From Limnothrix sp. BL-A-16 (GTDB lineage Bacteria > Cyanobacteriota > Cyanobacteriia > CACIAM-69d): DNA of 64,000 nt. Shown here one piece after another: positions 31,997-41,900 of this stretch. Location: assembly GCA_041937175.2 (NCBI GenBank), contig CP166615.1, positions 512,001-576,000 of the forward strand, written 5' to 3'. Made by a program: the position numbers and the translations under genes. The notes beneath the pieces are model-generated. The model was not told the origin of the DNA, did no database searches, and saw only the letters and a list, made by a program, of their open reading frames with translations. The first letter of the stretch is position 1; the number at the start of each line of letters is the position of its first letter.

Positions 31997-33097
31997 TTAG
32001 CCCAAGGCCAGCTTTAAACGCATCATCAGGCGAGGGATGTAGGTATAAAACCGATCATGGCGAAGCTGAATCGCATCAATGCTGCAACTGCCGCAATGGA
32101 CTCCTGGCGGCGGAACAGCAATTCGCTGCACCACTTGATCGGAAACGCCGGCCCAGGGCAAGTGACCCACGGGACTTTGCAGGGAGCGGTTTAATTCCGA
32201 CTCGTTGCGCCAATCGCTGCTGATGAAGTCCTGTTCGGTGCGGGGGGCGGCGATTTTCCAACCGACGCGATCGCGGAAGTTGTTCACGGCCGCTTCCAGG
32301 TTGGTGGGATGGGCAATGGTGGCCGCTTGCCAGAGCCGCAACTGCACGCTGAGGCCGAAGCGGCCGTTGCTGGCCGCCAGCCAGGCTTGGTCAATTTCGC
32401 GAATCAGGGCCGGATCAGTCAAGGCGGGGCTGGCCGGTGGCATGGTGGCAGATTCGGGGGCCAACAGGCGACGAGTGAGGCGATCGGCCTCAACCCAGTT
32501 TTGGGCTTGCAGGTGGGTTTGGAGTTGGGCAATCAGTTGGCGGGCCGCTGCGTCGGTGGCTGGGGTTTCGGTTTGGCAAGCCCCAATGGTCGATCGGGTA
32601 AATTTGCCAGCTCCGAAGTAATGCACAATCTGGATTTGTTTGGGCTGGCCGGCCATGGGTCGCAAACTGACGTAAAGCCCATGGGCCGAGGCGGGTGTGC
32701 CATAGAGCCGATCGCCGTTATTGGGTTGAGCGCGAAACTCGCCATCAAAGGGCAAGCGGGAAAAGTCCGCATCGGGAGCCAATTGCCGGTAATCCTGAAC
32801 TACGGCGTTTCGGATCAGGGTTTGCAGATGCCCGTTGCGGGTTTGCGTCAATACCGTGAGGGTGAGGGGGGTTGTGCCGGAAGATTCGGGCCCCGCTACT
32901 GGCCCCGCCACTTGATAGGTCAAGGTGGTGTTGGATCCCCAAGTGGCCATGGTTTCGCAGGTAAGGCGGGTTGTGCTGGCTTGGGGCGTACTAGCTGGGG
33001 CTGCGTTAGCCTGAGCCGCGATCGGGTGGGTGGCAGCGGCCATGAGCGCCAGGGTGAAAGCTTGGCCCCATCGCTGGAAAAGCGCGAGTTTCAACAT
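31997..33097 (-). CDS. GUN4-domain protein with a predicted signal peptide
   Basis: W.EADRLT..LL, IDQAW..ASNGRFGLSVQ..LW, FRDRVGWK and PVGHLP, plus an N-terminal AxA-type leader. Confidence 0.85.
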   Translation of the reverse strand: MLKLALFQRWGQAFTLALMAAATHPIAAQANAAPASTPQASTTRLTCETMATWGSNTTLTYQVAGPVAGPESSGTTPLTLTVLTQTRNGHLQTLIRNAVVQDYRQLAPDADFSRLPFDGEFRAQPNNGDRLYGTPASAHGLYVSLRPMAGQPKQIQIVHYFGAGKFTRSTIGACQTETPATDAAARQLIAQLQTHLQAQNWVEADRLTRRLLAPESATMPPASPALTDPALIREIDQAWLAASNGRFGLSVQLRLWQAATIAHPTNLEAAVNNFRDRVGWKIAAPRTEQDFISSDWRNESELNRSLQSPVGHLPWAGVSDQVVQRIAVPPPGVHCGSCSIDAIQLRHDRFYTYIPRLMMRLKLALG

Positions 33098-33209
33098 AAC
33101 GGAATCACAAAATGACGGAGTGGCGAGTGATTGGGTTCGCTATCCGTGTTATCCGTTCCGTTGGGCGTTGACTCGGGAGTTAATGGACGCTTCCTGAAGT
33201 TGATCGCCA

Positions 33210-34484
33210 TTAGCGAGCGATCGGGGGCAGGTTGCTGAAGTGGTTGTAAGCGGCGCGGGAATAGTCGCGGATGGCTTCGGCGGCCTTGGGATCGTTGGGG
33301 GCCCGTTCTGCCAACACGGCAATTCCGTAGCGGCGGCCGTTGGGGGTATCTACCAAGCCCGTGTCTGCCAACAGCTTGGCCAATGTGCCGGTTTTGTGGG
33401 CCAACTCGCCACCTTTGCCAATGCCCTTCGGTAGCAGGCTGTTGGCCACCGTGCCGCGCATGATGCTCAACAGCCGATCGCGCGATCGCATGGAAACCAA
33501 TTCGCCCCGGTTAATCAGCGCCGTTAATTGCACCAAGTCCCGGGCGGTGGTGCGGTTCAAGCCAGTAATGTCCGGCAGCAAGTCGCGGATATTGGTGCCC
33601 TGTAGCCCCCAGGATTGAAACCGCTGGTTCAGGGGGCCCGAGCCGCCCGTGCGGGCCATGATCATGTTGGTGGCGGTGTTGTCGCTGATCACGATCATTT
33701 GGCGGGCGGTGTCGATCGCGGAGAATTTTTGGCCCGGCTTTTGATATTGCATCGTGCCCGCTTCGGGGGCCACAAACCGCGCCTCCATGGTCAGCATTTC
33801 ATCAAGGCGAATTTTGCCCGCATCCACATCCTGAAAAAAGGCTACGAGGATCGGCACTTTGATTGTGCTGGCGGCGGCGACCGATCGGGTATCGTTCCAG
33901 GCGGCAAAATCTCCCGTATCCAAATCCAAGGCAGCCGCATGAAGAATCAGGCTGGGATAGCGAGCGGCAATTTTTTGGAACTGATCGCTCAAGGGGGCGA
34001 TCGGCTGGCGAAAGGCGGATCCCGGCGGCGGCAGCGCAGGGCTGGCCAGTTGTTTTTGGCCTTGGCGCACCACTTGGTTAATTTGTGTGCCAGCGGGGGA
34101 AGCGGTTTGGCGCATGGCCGGGTCAAAGGCCATCAACACCGTGCCCACGATCGCCCCTAAACCGGCCCCGACAATCAGGGTGCGCAAAGCTTGTAACCAC
34201 AGAGGATCGCCCTTGCTGCGGCGTGTGGGCGGCCGGTCTGGGGCCGTTGGGCGGGGCCGGGCCGATCGCCCGTTGGCCTGGCCCGGTTCCGGGGCGGTGG
34301 GCCGGGTCAGCCGATCGACCGTACTTTGCAACCAATTTTGGTGAGCGGGAGGCCGAGAACGGGAACGACGCGCACCGGGCGGCGGGGGCACAGCAGCCAG
34401 GGGCCGAGGGGCGGGTAAAGGGCGGGGGCGATCGGGCGGTTGGGGCATGGCAAGTTCGGTTTCAGCCCAAAATTTGGCGGCCAT
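33210..34484 (-). CDS. Membrane-anchored class A beta-lactamase-like serine hydrolase (probable PBP-like peptidase)
   Basis: STIK (SxxK), SDN and KTG motifs after a TM helix. Confidence 0.9.
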   Translation of the reverse strand: MAAKFWAETELAMPQPPDRPRPLPAPRPLAAVPPPPGARRSRSRPPAHQNWLQSTVDRLTRPTAPEPGQANGRSARPRPTAPDRPPTRRSKGDPLWLQALRTLIVGAGLGAIVGTVLMAFDPAMRQTASPAGTQINQVVRQGQKQLASPALPPPGSAFRQPIAPLSDQFQKIAARYPSLILHAAALDLDTGDFAAWNDTRSVAAASTIKVPILVAFFQDVDAGKIRLDEMLTMEARFVAPEAGTMQYQKPGQKFSAIDTARQMIVISDNTATNMIMARTGGSGPLNQRFQSWGLQGTNIRDLLPDITGLNRTTARDLVQLTALINRGELVSMRSRDRLLSIMRGTVANSLLPKGIGKGGELAHKTGTLAKLLADTGLVDTPNGRRYGIAVLAERAPNDPKAAEAIRDYSRAAYNHFSNLPPIAR

Positions 34485-34519
34485 CCCGAGCCAATCTCAA
34501 GATCGGGATGGCTGGCATT

Positions 34520-35257
34520 TTACTGGCCAGAGTTGGGGCGCGGCAAATGGTCGATCGCCCAATTCAGTTGCTTAATGGCTCCCCACAACAGCGCCATATC
34601 ATTTTGGGAAGGATTTGCCCGCTGCAAGATCCGCCGCAATTTTTCCATGCGACTGCTGGCCGTGTGGGGATATAAAAAGCCCGATCGCAACAACAGATCT
34701 GCCAAGTCTTGATGGAAATGCTCCACTTGCTCGAACGGGGCCAGGGCGATCGGCTCGGGGGCAACTTCGGGGCCGGGGCTGGCTTCTGGGGCTGGCCGGG
34801 CCCACTCATAGGCACAAACCGCCACCGCTTGGGCCAGGTTCATGGAGGGATAGTCATCGCTGGTGGGAATGCGGATCAATTGTTGGGCATATTTCAGCTC
34901 GTCGTTGGTTAAGCCCCGATCTTCCCGCCCAAAGACCAACGCGGCCGATCGCCCGGCCCGCAACCAGGGCAAGGCCGCCGCCGGTTCCCGCACCGGCACA
35001 GGAGAATCCCAATCTCGCCCGATCGTGGCTCCAACCCGATCGCACCCGGCCAAGGCCTCGGGCAAAGTGGCCACCTCGATCGCCTCTTCCAGCAAATCCC
35101 TTGCGTGGATGGCCATTTGCAGGGCTTCACGCCCCAGCCGATCGCATTGGGGATTCACCAATACCAACCGCCGCAACCCAAAATTCTTCATCACCCGCGC
35201 CACGGAACCCACATTCAGCGGCCCGGCCGGTTCCACCAGCACGATCGTTAACGACAT
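34520..35257 (-). CDS. trmJ: SPOUT RNA methyltransferase, TrmJ/LasT family
   Basis: IVLVEP.GPLNVGSVARVMKNFG, ALVFGREDRGL and YPSMNLAQAV. Confidence 0.9.
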   Translation of the reverse strand: MSLTIVLVEPAGPLNVGSVARVMKNFGLRRLVLVNPQCDRLGREALQMAIHARDLLEEAIEVATLPEALAGCDRVGATIGRDWDSPVPVREPAAALPWLRAGRSAALVFGREDRGLTNDELKYAQQLIRIPTSDDYPSMNLAQAVAVCAYEWARPAPEASPGPEVAPEPIALAPFEQVEHFHQDLADLLLRSGFLYPHTASSRMEKLRRILQRANPSQNDMALLWGAIKQLNWAIDHLPRPNSGQ

Positions 35258-35360
35258 GGTTCAAAAAAGGTAAAAATCAAAAGGCAAAAGGCAAAAAACA
35301 CAGAGAAATAGAACGGCTAGCCCAAATTTTCCTTTTTCCTTCTTCCTTTTTCTCCTTACC

Positions 35361-36572
35361 CTAGGGGCCCTGTAGCCGTCGCCAAGTCCATTGGCCATCC
35401 GGCTGCCGATGCCAACGCAGCAGTTGGGCCGGCGACTCGCCCCCGTAGGGATCCGCCGACTCGGGCAACCGACCCAAGGCCCGACGCGGCGCAATGGTGG
35501 CCAGGGCGATCGCCTGTTCCGGGGTGCAAAGTTGCCAACGAATCAGGTTCAAAACCCCTTCCAACAGGCTAAGGGTTGTGCCCGACAAGGTGCCATCGGA
35601 CAGGCGAGCTGTGCCATTTTTCACCTCAATGGTGCGTTCATCCCAAGGATAAATTCCATCGGGCAATCCCAAGGGAGCTAGGGCATCGCTCACCATAAAC
35701 AGCCCTCTAGGGCCCTCGCTGGCCCGCAACAGCACTTGCAACATGGTGGGGCACACATGCACCCCATCGGCAATGAAGCCGCAGCGCACGCCCGATCGAA
35801 CAATGGCCGCACCCAAAAGGCCCGGTTCTCGGTGGTGCAGCGGTGGCATGGCATTAAATGCATGGGTGACCATGGTGGCTCCCCGATCGAACGCGGCCAT
35901 GGCTTCCGCTGCCGTGGCCTGGGAATGGCCAAGGCTGACGGAAATCCTGCGCGATCGCAGCCAATCGATCGCCTCACCCGTGGGATCCAATTCCGGTGCG
36001 AGGGTCATCTTGGCAACCTGGGCCGCGTGGGAACCAACCACCGCCACCACCCGATCGACCGTCAGGGGCAACAGGAATTGCTGTGGATGGGCCCCGCGCT
36101 TTTGTGGATTCAGGAACGGCCCCTCAAGATGTGCGCCCCAAATTTCCGCCCGATCGCCTGCTGGGTATTGGGTTCGATAGTCCTGATAGGCCGCCAACGT
36201 GGCCAGGCTTTGGTGAACTTTCTCGATCGCCGTGGTCACAATCGTGGGCAAAAAAGCCTGTACCCCTTGCCGCCACAGCAATTGGCAAATGCGATCCACT
36301 TGGGGCAAGTCGGCCAAGGTCAGGTCTGGAAAGGCCAACCCCAAGGCTCCGTTAATTTGCAAGTCCACCCCACCGGGCGAGAGCCAATCGCCATGCAGGT
36401 CGATCGCGTCGGCATTCAGCAGCGTGTCTGCCCGATCGCCCACCCCAAAAATCTTGGGATCATGGGGGTCAATTTCCGCCACCAACCCCCGATCATCGCA
36501 GGTCAGGTCATAGAGTCCCGGTCGATCGATCAGCCGGGCGCGGTGGATGCGTCGATTTTGCCAATGGGTCAT
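35361..36572 (-). CDS. nagA: N-acetylglucosamine-6-phosphate deacetylase
   Basis: PGGVDLQING, HLEGPF, KRGAH, TLAPE, SLGHS, THAFNAM and IADGVHV. Confidence 0.95.
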   Translation of the reverse strand: MTHWQNRRIHRARLIDRPGLYDLTCDDRGLVAEIDPHDPKIFGVGDRADTLLNADAIDLHGDWLSPGGVDLQINGALGLAFPDLTLADLPQVDRICQLLWRQGVQAFLPTIVTTAIEKVHQSLATLAAYQDYRTQYPAGDRAEIWGAHLEGPFLNPQKRGAHPQQFLLPLTVDRVVAVVGSHAAQVAKMTLAPELDPTGEAIDWLRSRRISVSLGHSQATAAEAMAAFDRGATMVTHAFNAMPPLHHREPGLLGAAIVRSGVRCGFIADGVHVCPTMLQVLLRASEGPRGLFMVSDALAPLGLPDGIYPWDERTIEVKNGTARLSDGTLSGTTLSLLEGVLNLIRWQLCTPEQAIALATIAPRRALGRLPESADPYGGESPAQLLRWHRQPDGQWTWRRLQGP

Positions 36573-36614
36573 CGATCGATCATGATTAGGTGGCTTTGGC
36601 GGAGACAGACTCGG

Positions 36615-36790
36615 TGGATCTAGTGGATCTAAATAGATCTAATAGATCTAGTGGATCTGAATCTGAATGGATCTATGGCTCTTCTAAGTGGATCTATGTG
36701 GATCCATATAGATCCATACAGATCTAAATAGATTTTGAACCTAAATAGATTCTGAACCTAGAATTCTGAACCGAAGATTCTGAACCTAAA
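36615..36790. repeat. Short tandem repeat tract rich in RGATCY, followed by ATTCTGAACC-type units
   Basis: GATC at 36617, 36626, 36636, 36645, 36654, 36670, 36691, 36701, 36711 and 36721. Confidence 0.8.
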
Positions 36791-36932
36791 AAACGGCAGC
36801 TCAGAAACTAAGGCTTAAAAATCGGGTCTAAATCGAGTCTGAATCGGGTTGATCACACCAGTGTGGTGCTGTGCGATCGCGCCAACGCCTTAAATTTGAA
36901 CAGGTTAACCGACTCTTTCCCCCTGCACAACC

Positions 36933-37460
36933 ATGGCCACCACCGCCTCCCCCCTGATTGGCATCATCATGGGCAGCGATTCCGACTTGCCCACCATGGA
37001 AGCCGCGATCGCCGTTTGCGAAGAATTCGGCATTTCCACCGAAGTGGCCATCGTCTCTGCCCACCGCACGCCCGATCGGATGGTGAATTATGCCAAAACC
37101 GCCGTTGATCGGGGACTGAAAGTGATTATTGCAGGCGCAGGCGGCGCAGCTCACCTACCCGGTATGGTTGCCGCCCTGACGGTGTTACCGGTGATTGGCG
37201 TGCCCGTGAGCACCCGCCAACTCAGTGGCGTGGATTCCCTGTATTCGATCGTGCAAATGCCGGGGGGAATTCCCGTGGCCACCGTGGCGATCGGGAATGC
37301 CAAAAACGCCGGTCTGTTGGCGGTGCAAATGTTGGCGGCCCATGACCCGGAACTGCTAGCCAAGGTGCAAGCCTATCGGGACGGCTTGCGGCAAATGGTG
37401 GAAGACAAACAAACCCAGCTCGATCGCCTTGGTTACCGGGCCTACCTGCAACAGAACTGA
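36933..37460 (+). CDS. purE: N5-carboxyaminoimidazole ribonucleotide mutase
   Basis: [33 protein letters not shown] and [14 protein letters not shown]. Confidence 0.99.
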   Translation: MATTASPLIGIIMGSDSDLPTMEAAIAVCEEFGISTEVAIVSAHRTPDRMVNYAKTAVDRGLKVIIAGAGGAAHLPGMVAALTVLPVIGVPVSTRQLSGVDSLYSIVQMPGGIPVATVAIGNAKNAGLLAVQMLAAHDPELLAKVQAYRDGLRQMVEDKQTQLDRLGYRAYLQQN

Positions 37461-37494
37461 AAAACAGCGCTGAAAATACATGGCTCGATCGCCC

Positions 37495-37535
37495 CGGAGG
37501 CATGGGCGAAGCACGGAAGCGCTTCACTGCCTCCG
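37495..37535. terminator. Stable hairpin downstream of purE (terminator or 3' stabiliser)
   Basis: Outer stem CGGAGGCA / TGCCTCCG and inner stem GAAGC / GCTTC. No clear U-tract. Confidence 0.4.
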
Positions 37536-38945
37536 TGGTCGCGACCAAATTAGTATCAAATTTGACTTCTGAAATTTCCTTAAAAACGTAAAACCTGAGT
37601 CTCTCTTGTGCCGGTTAATCAGCGGTGAACTCGTGCCCCATGGACTGAGTTAGCGATCGACCTTTGAGAGATTTGCATGATTTCAGGGGCGATCGGGTCT
37701 GGTATGGCCGATCAACCATCCCCTTTAGATTCCTTGACTCCTCGCATTGATCGCGATCACCAACGCCAACTGATATTTTGATGGCAGCGACGTGATTGGG
37801 ATCATGCCCAATTAATCAGTTTAAAAATTTGATAAAGTTTCGTCTGATCTTGAGCGTTTCCTAAATTTTTCATAAACAACCGTTCGCTCATCGTCGAACT
37901 GGTGTGCTCAAGGGACAACCACGAACTCCACACTCTCCATCGCCCTGCTCTCCACAGCCCTCTTTCCCTGCGAAAGGATTGTCACGCTCTCCCTATCTAG
38001 CCAGTACTGACCATTTCAAAATCAGACTCTGAACGCATTGACTGGGTTCCTCGTCTACCAATCCATTAGCCCCATTCAATGCGCTGCCTGGTCGGGGTTT
38101 TGAGAACTTGGGTCACTGCTCTTCATGACTTCAATTAGTTTGGTCGATCGCAAGATTTCCGCGATCAATAGCCTGTGGGGGGGAAGCCCCTTGAGTGGTT
38201 CAACTCCCTCTCAAATCGGTGGTTAAACCCCCGATTGCTGAGACCCACGATGAAGCCGCTTGGCCCGTTTGGCAATGGTAGATCAGTGAATTTTGACTGC
38301 TCGTGACTTATAGATTTGTTCTGTTTTTATCATTTTCAATTGTTTTTTTGTCAAATCATGTTCGCTTTGATACGTAAGACTTCTGTTTTTTTGATGATCT
38401 GTGCCAGGATCCGTTTAGAGGGTTTCGTGATTTTTAATCAACTCCGCTACTCGCAGATTTTTGACACATTTCTCAATCAATTCCATCGAATCACTCAATT
38501 GCGGACTCGGTTTGATGATGGATAGACTTCCAGCCCGATTCTGGCGTTGGTGCTGGCTAACTCTTAACTCTATCGGAGATGAATTACAGGTCAATTACAG
38601 ACAGGTTGCAAATCATCAATGCATTGCCCCGATTCATCGTAGTTTTCTTTTGAGATCAGTGATTTCAAGTCCCATAAAAACGGGAATAATCATCTAGGAG
38701 AACTTGAATTCAGCAATGATTTTGGTCTTCGATTTATGCCTGGCAATTGAACTGAATTTCAGGCGCTCCAAGGGCTTGACCGTGAGGTATTTATGGGAAA
38801 TCTAAAGGGCCAGTGCAGGATCTGACTTGGTGGCGTTGATTGCCGATTCTGTTGTTGCCATGCTGGTAATAATTATGACGGAGTTTGAGGGGGGAAAGGG
38901 GGATGCAAGGACTGTTGGCGGAGAGATGGAAAGGGTGCAGAGGCT

Positions 38946-41900
38946 ATGGAGCGATTGTCGGAGGTCAAGCCGTTTACGACTGGTTTGCAACCGCAGGGAG
39001 TGCAGTTGGTAATGGATCAAGAAACTGCTCAAGCGAATGAGCGGGCCCTGCGAACCTTAGAGCGGGCAATTGTGTTGTCAGAGGGCCAGTTTTCCCTGGT
39101 GTTGGTGCGTTGTAGTTATGAGCGCTTACGCCGGAGTGTGTTGGATTGGGTGGCCGATCGCTCGGGAGAGGGGCAGCCGTTCGATCGGGTGACTTGCCTG
39201 GTGGTTCCGCCCACCATCAAGACGCTCTATCCATTGGTGGCGGCGATTTCGGATCCCTGTCCGCCCCGGGCGGTGATGGTGCTGGGGCTGGAGATGGCGG
39301 AGTCGCTGGATACGGTGTTTGCGCTGGCGAACCAGATGCGCGATCGCTTCAAGCAGTTGCCGTTCCCGATCGTGTTGTGGCTGACGGATGAAAGCCTGGA
39401 CAAGCTAAAGCGGGTGGCTCCGGATCTCAAGAGCTGGGCCGCTACGCCGGTTCGGTTGGAGATGGACACGCAGGGGGTGATTGACTTTCTGCGGGAGCGG
39501 GCCAGTCAGGCGTTCGATCGGGCCTTTGCGGCTTCGGCGGGCTATTCAATCTATCAACTGCCGCCGGCCTTGGCGGAGGCCCGTCACCGGCAGGAGCTGG
39601 CGGCGGCGCGGGCGGACTTGGCCAAGCGGGGCGTGCAGTTGGATGTGGATTTGCTGGCTAGTGTGGAGTTCCTGGAAGGGTGGACGGCCATGGGCCGGGG
39701 GGACTATGAGCTAGCGCTGAAAATGTTTGGCAATGCGCTGGACAGTTGGCAAACCTTGGCCCAAGCTTTGCCACCGGAGGCGGGGAGTTCGTTGGTAGCG
39801 GCCACGGCGGAAACAGAGAGGGCGATCGCCCCGCCCCGGTTGCCCATTTCCCCGATCGAAGCCCAAGTGCGTTCAGGCCTGTTGCGGTTTTATGTGGGGT
39901 TTTGCCATGCACGCTTGGCCCTGGGCAACAGCAATCCCGTGGAATTGCCGGAAAGCCAGTCGGCCCGGGTTCAGCGCTGGCGACTGGCTCGGGAATCGCT
40001 ACAGGCCTGTGCGGATTGTTTCGCAGCGCTCGATCGCCCCGATCTCACGGCCAAGTTCATTGGTGCGTTGGGGGAAGTGCTCCAAGAACTCCACGACTGG
40101 TTGGGGCTGGAGCAGTTGGCCCAGGTGGCCACGGCGCTCCATGGCGCACCGGATCATCCGGGGAATCGGGCTGAGTTGGCTCGGGACTGTTGCTTTTTGG
40201 CGGAAGTGGCCCTGGTGCAAACCCGTTGGGAACAGGCCTGCGAGTGGGCGGAGCGGGCCTTGAACCATCTGTCCCATGCCAGTACCCATGACCCAACGGC
40301 CCTGGGGCCCGATCTGCTGCGGGCGGTGCGGTTGCGCCAAAGCCAAGCTTGGTTTCTGTTGGGGGAAGCCAATTGGCATTTGGGGCGCTCTGGTTTGGCC
40401 ATCAGTCATTTGGAGCGGGCCCGAGCCACGGTTTGGAACTTCGAGCAACCCCAGTTGACGGTGCGGTTGTTGTCGCGGTTGCGGGAGGTTTATTTTCAGC
40501 AAACCCGCTACCTGGATGCGTTCCGAACGAAGCAGGAACTGCGGCGCGTGGAACACCAATGCAGTTGGTTGGCGTTTATTGGTGCGGGCCAACTGCAACC
40601 GCAACCGGCGGCCCTGGTGGACGATGGCATGGTGCTGCCGGTGGCGGCCCCGGAAATTGCCGCCTCTGGCCGACAAAAAGATGTGGAAAATTTGATCGCC
40701 CGCTTGGCCCGGGCGGATCTAAAGCTTACGGTGGTGCATGGCCATTCGGGGGCGGGCAAGAGTTCGCTGCTGAAGGCGGGTTTGGTGCCGGAGTTGCATC
40801 GGCGGGCCTTGGGCGATCGGGATGTGTTGCCGGTGACGATCGAGGTTTACACGGACTGGATCGCAGCCACGGAAAATGCCCTTGATCGAGCGGCTGCCCA
40901 AAAGGGTCTCGACAGCGATCGCACCCTCACCACTTGGGACGACTTGGCGATCGAGGCGAATATTGCTTTACCCAGTTTGGATTTGTCGGTCAACAGTCAA
41001 GCACTGCGGTTGCGGGCCTTGCTCGATCGGCTCCAGCAGTTGAGCCAGCAAAACTTCGCCATCATTCTGATCTTTGACCAGTTTGAGGAATTGTTTTTCC
41101 ACTGGCCCACGGTGGTCGATCGCCAGCCCTTTTTTGAATTCCTGCGCGATTGCCTGAATGTGCCCTACGTCAAGCTAATCATTTCCATGCGGGAAGATTA
41201 CCTCCATTTCCTGCTGGAGTGGGAACGGGCCACAGACTTGTCAATCATTGATGACAACGTGTTGGCGCGCCAGGTTCGGTATTACGTGGGAGACTTTTCC
41301 CCCGCCGATGCCCGTGCCACGATCCAGAGCCTCACGGAGCGATCGCGCCTGGGCCTGGAGCCTGACCTGATTGATGCCCTGGTGGGTGAGTTGGCCCGCG
41401 AAACCGGTGAAGTCAACCCGATCGAGCTGCAAGTGGTGGGGGCTCAACTCCAGGCCGATCGAATCGTCACCCTGGCCGAATACCAACGGGAATATGGCTC
41501 CAAGGAAGTGCTCGTGGAGCGCTACTTGGAAAACACCATTCGCGACTGCGGCCCCGAAGGCGAAAACATCGCTCGCCAAGTGTTATTCCTGCTCACCGCC
41601 GAAAATGGCACTCGCCCCCTCAAAACCCGCACCGAGCTGGCCGTTGAACTGGGAGCCAGCGATGGACAACTGGAACTGGTGTTGAACATTCTGTCGGGAG
41701 CTGGTTTGGTGGTCATGTTTCGGGAGTCCACCGCCGACTTCTATCAACTGGTGCATGACTACCTCGTCACCTTCATTCGCCAACAGCGCCAAGCCGACGA
41801 ACGGGCCCGCTATCGTCTCACCCAGTCCCAACTAAACGCCATCCTCAAAAAACGAATTCAGGAACTCTATGCCGCTGGCGCAGTGCTCGGAATTCTGTTT

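Noticed and set aside
33210..34484. Acquired beta-lactam resistance gene
   Set aside because: It has a membrane anchor, host-like HIP1 content and a core neighbourhood, which fits the native cyanobacterial PBP-like family better.
36615..36790. Replication origin
   Set aside because: It is GATC-rich, but no DnaA-box cluster or dnaA/dnaN neighbour is visible.
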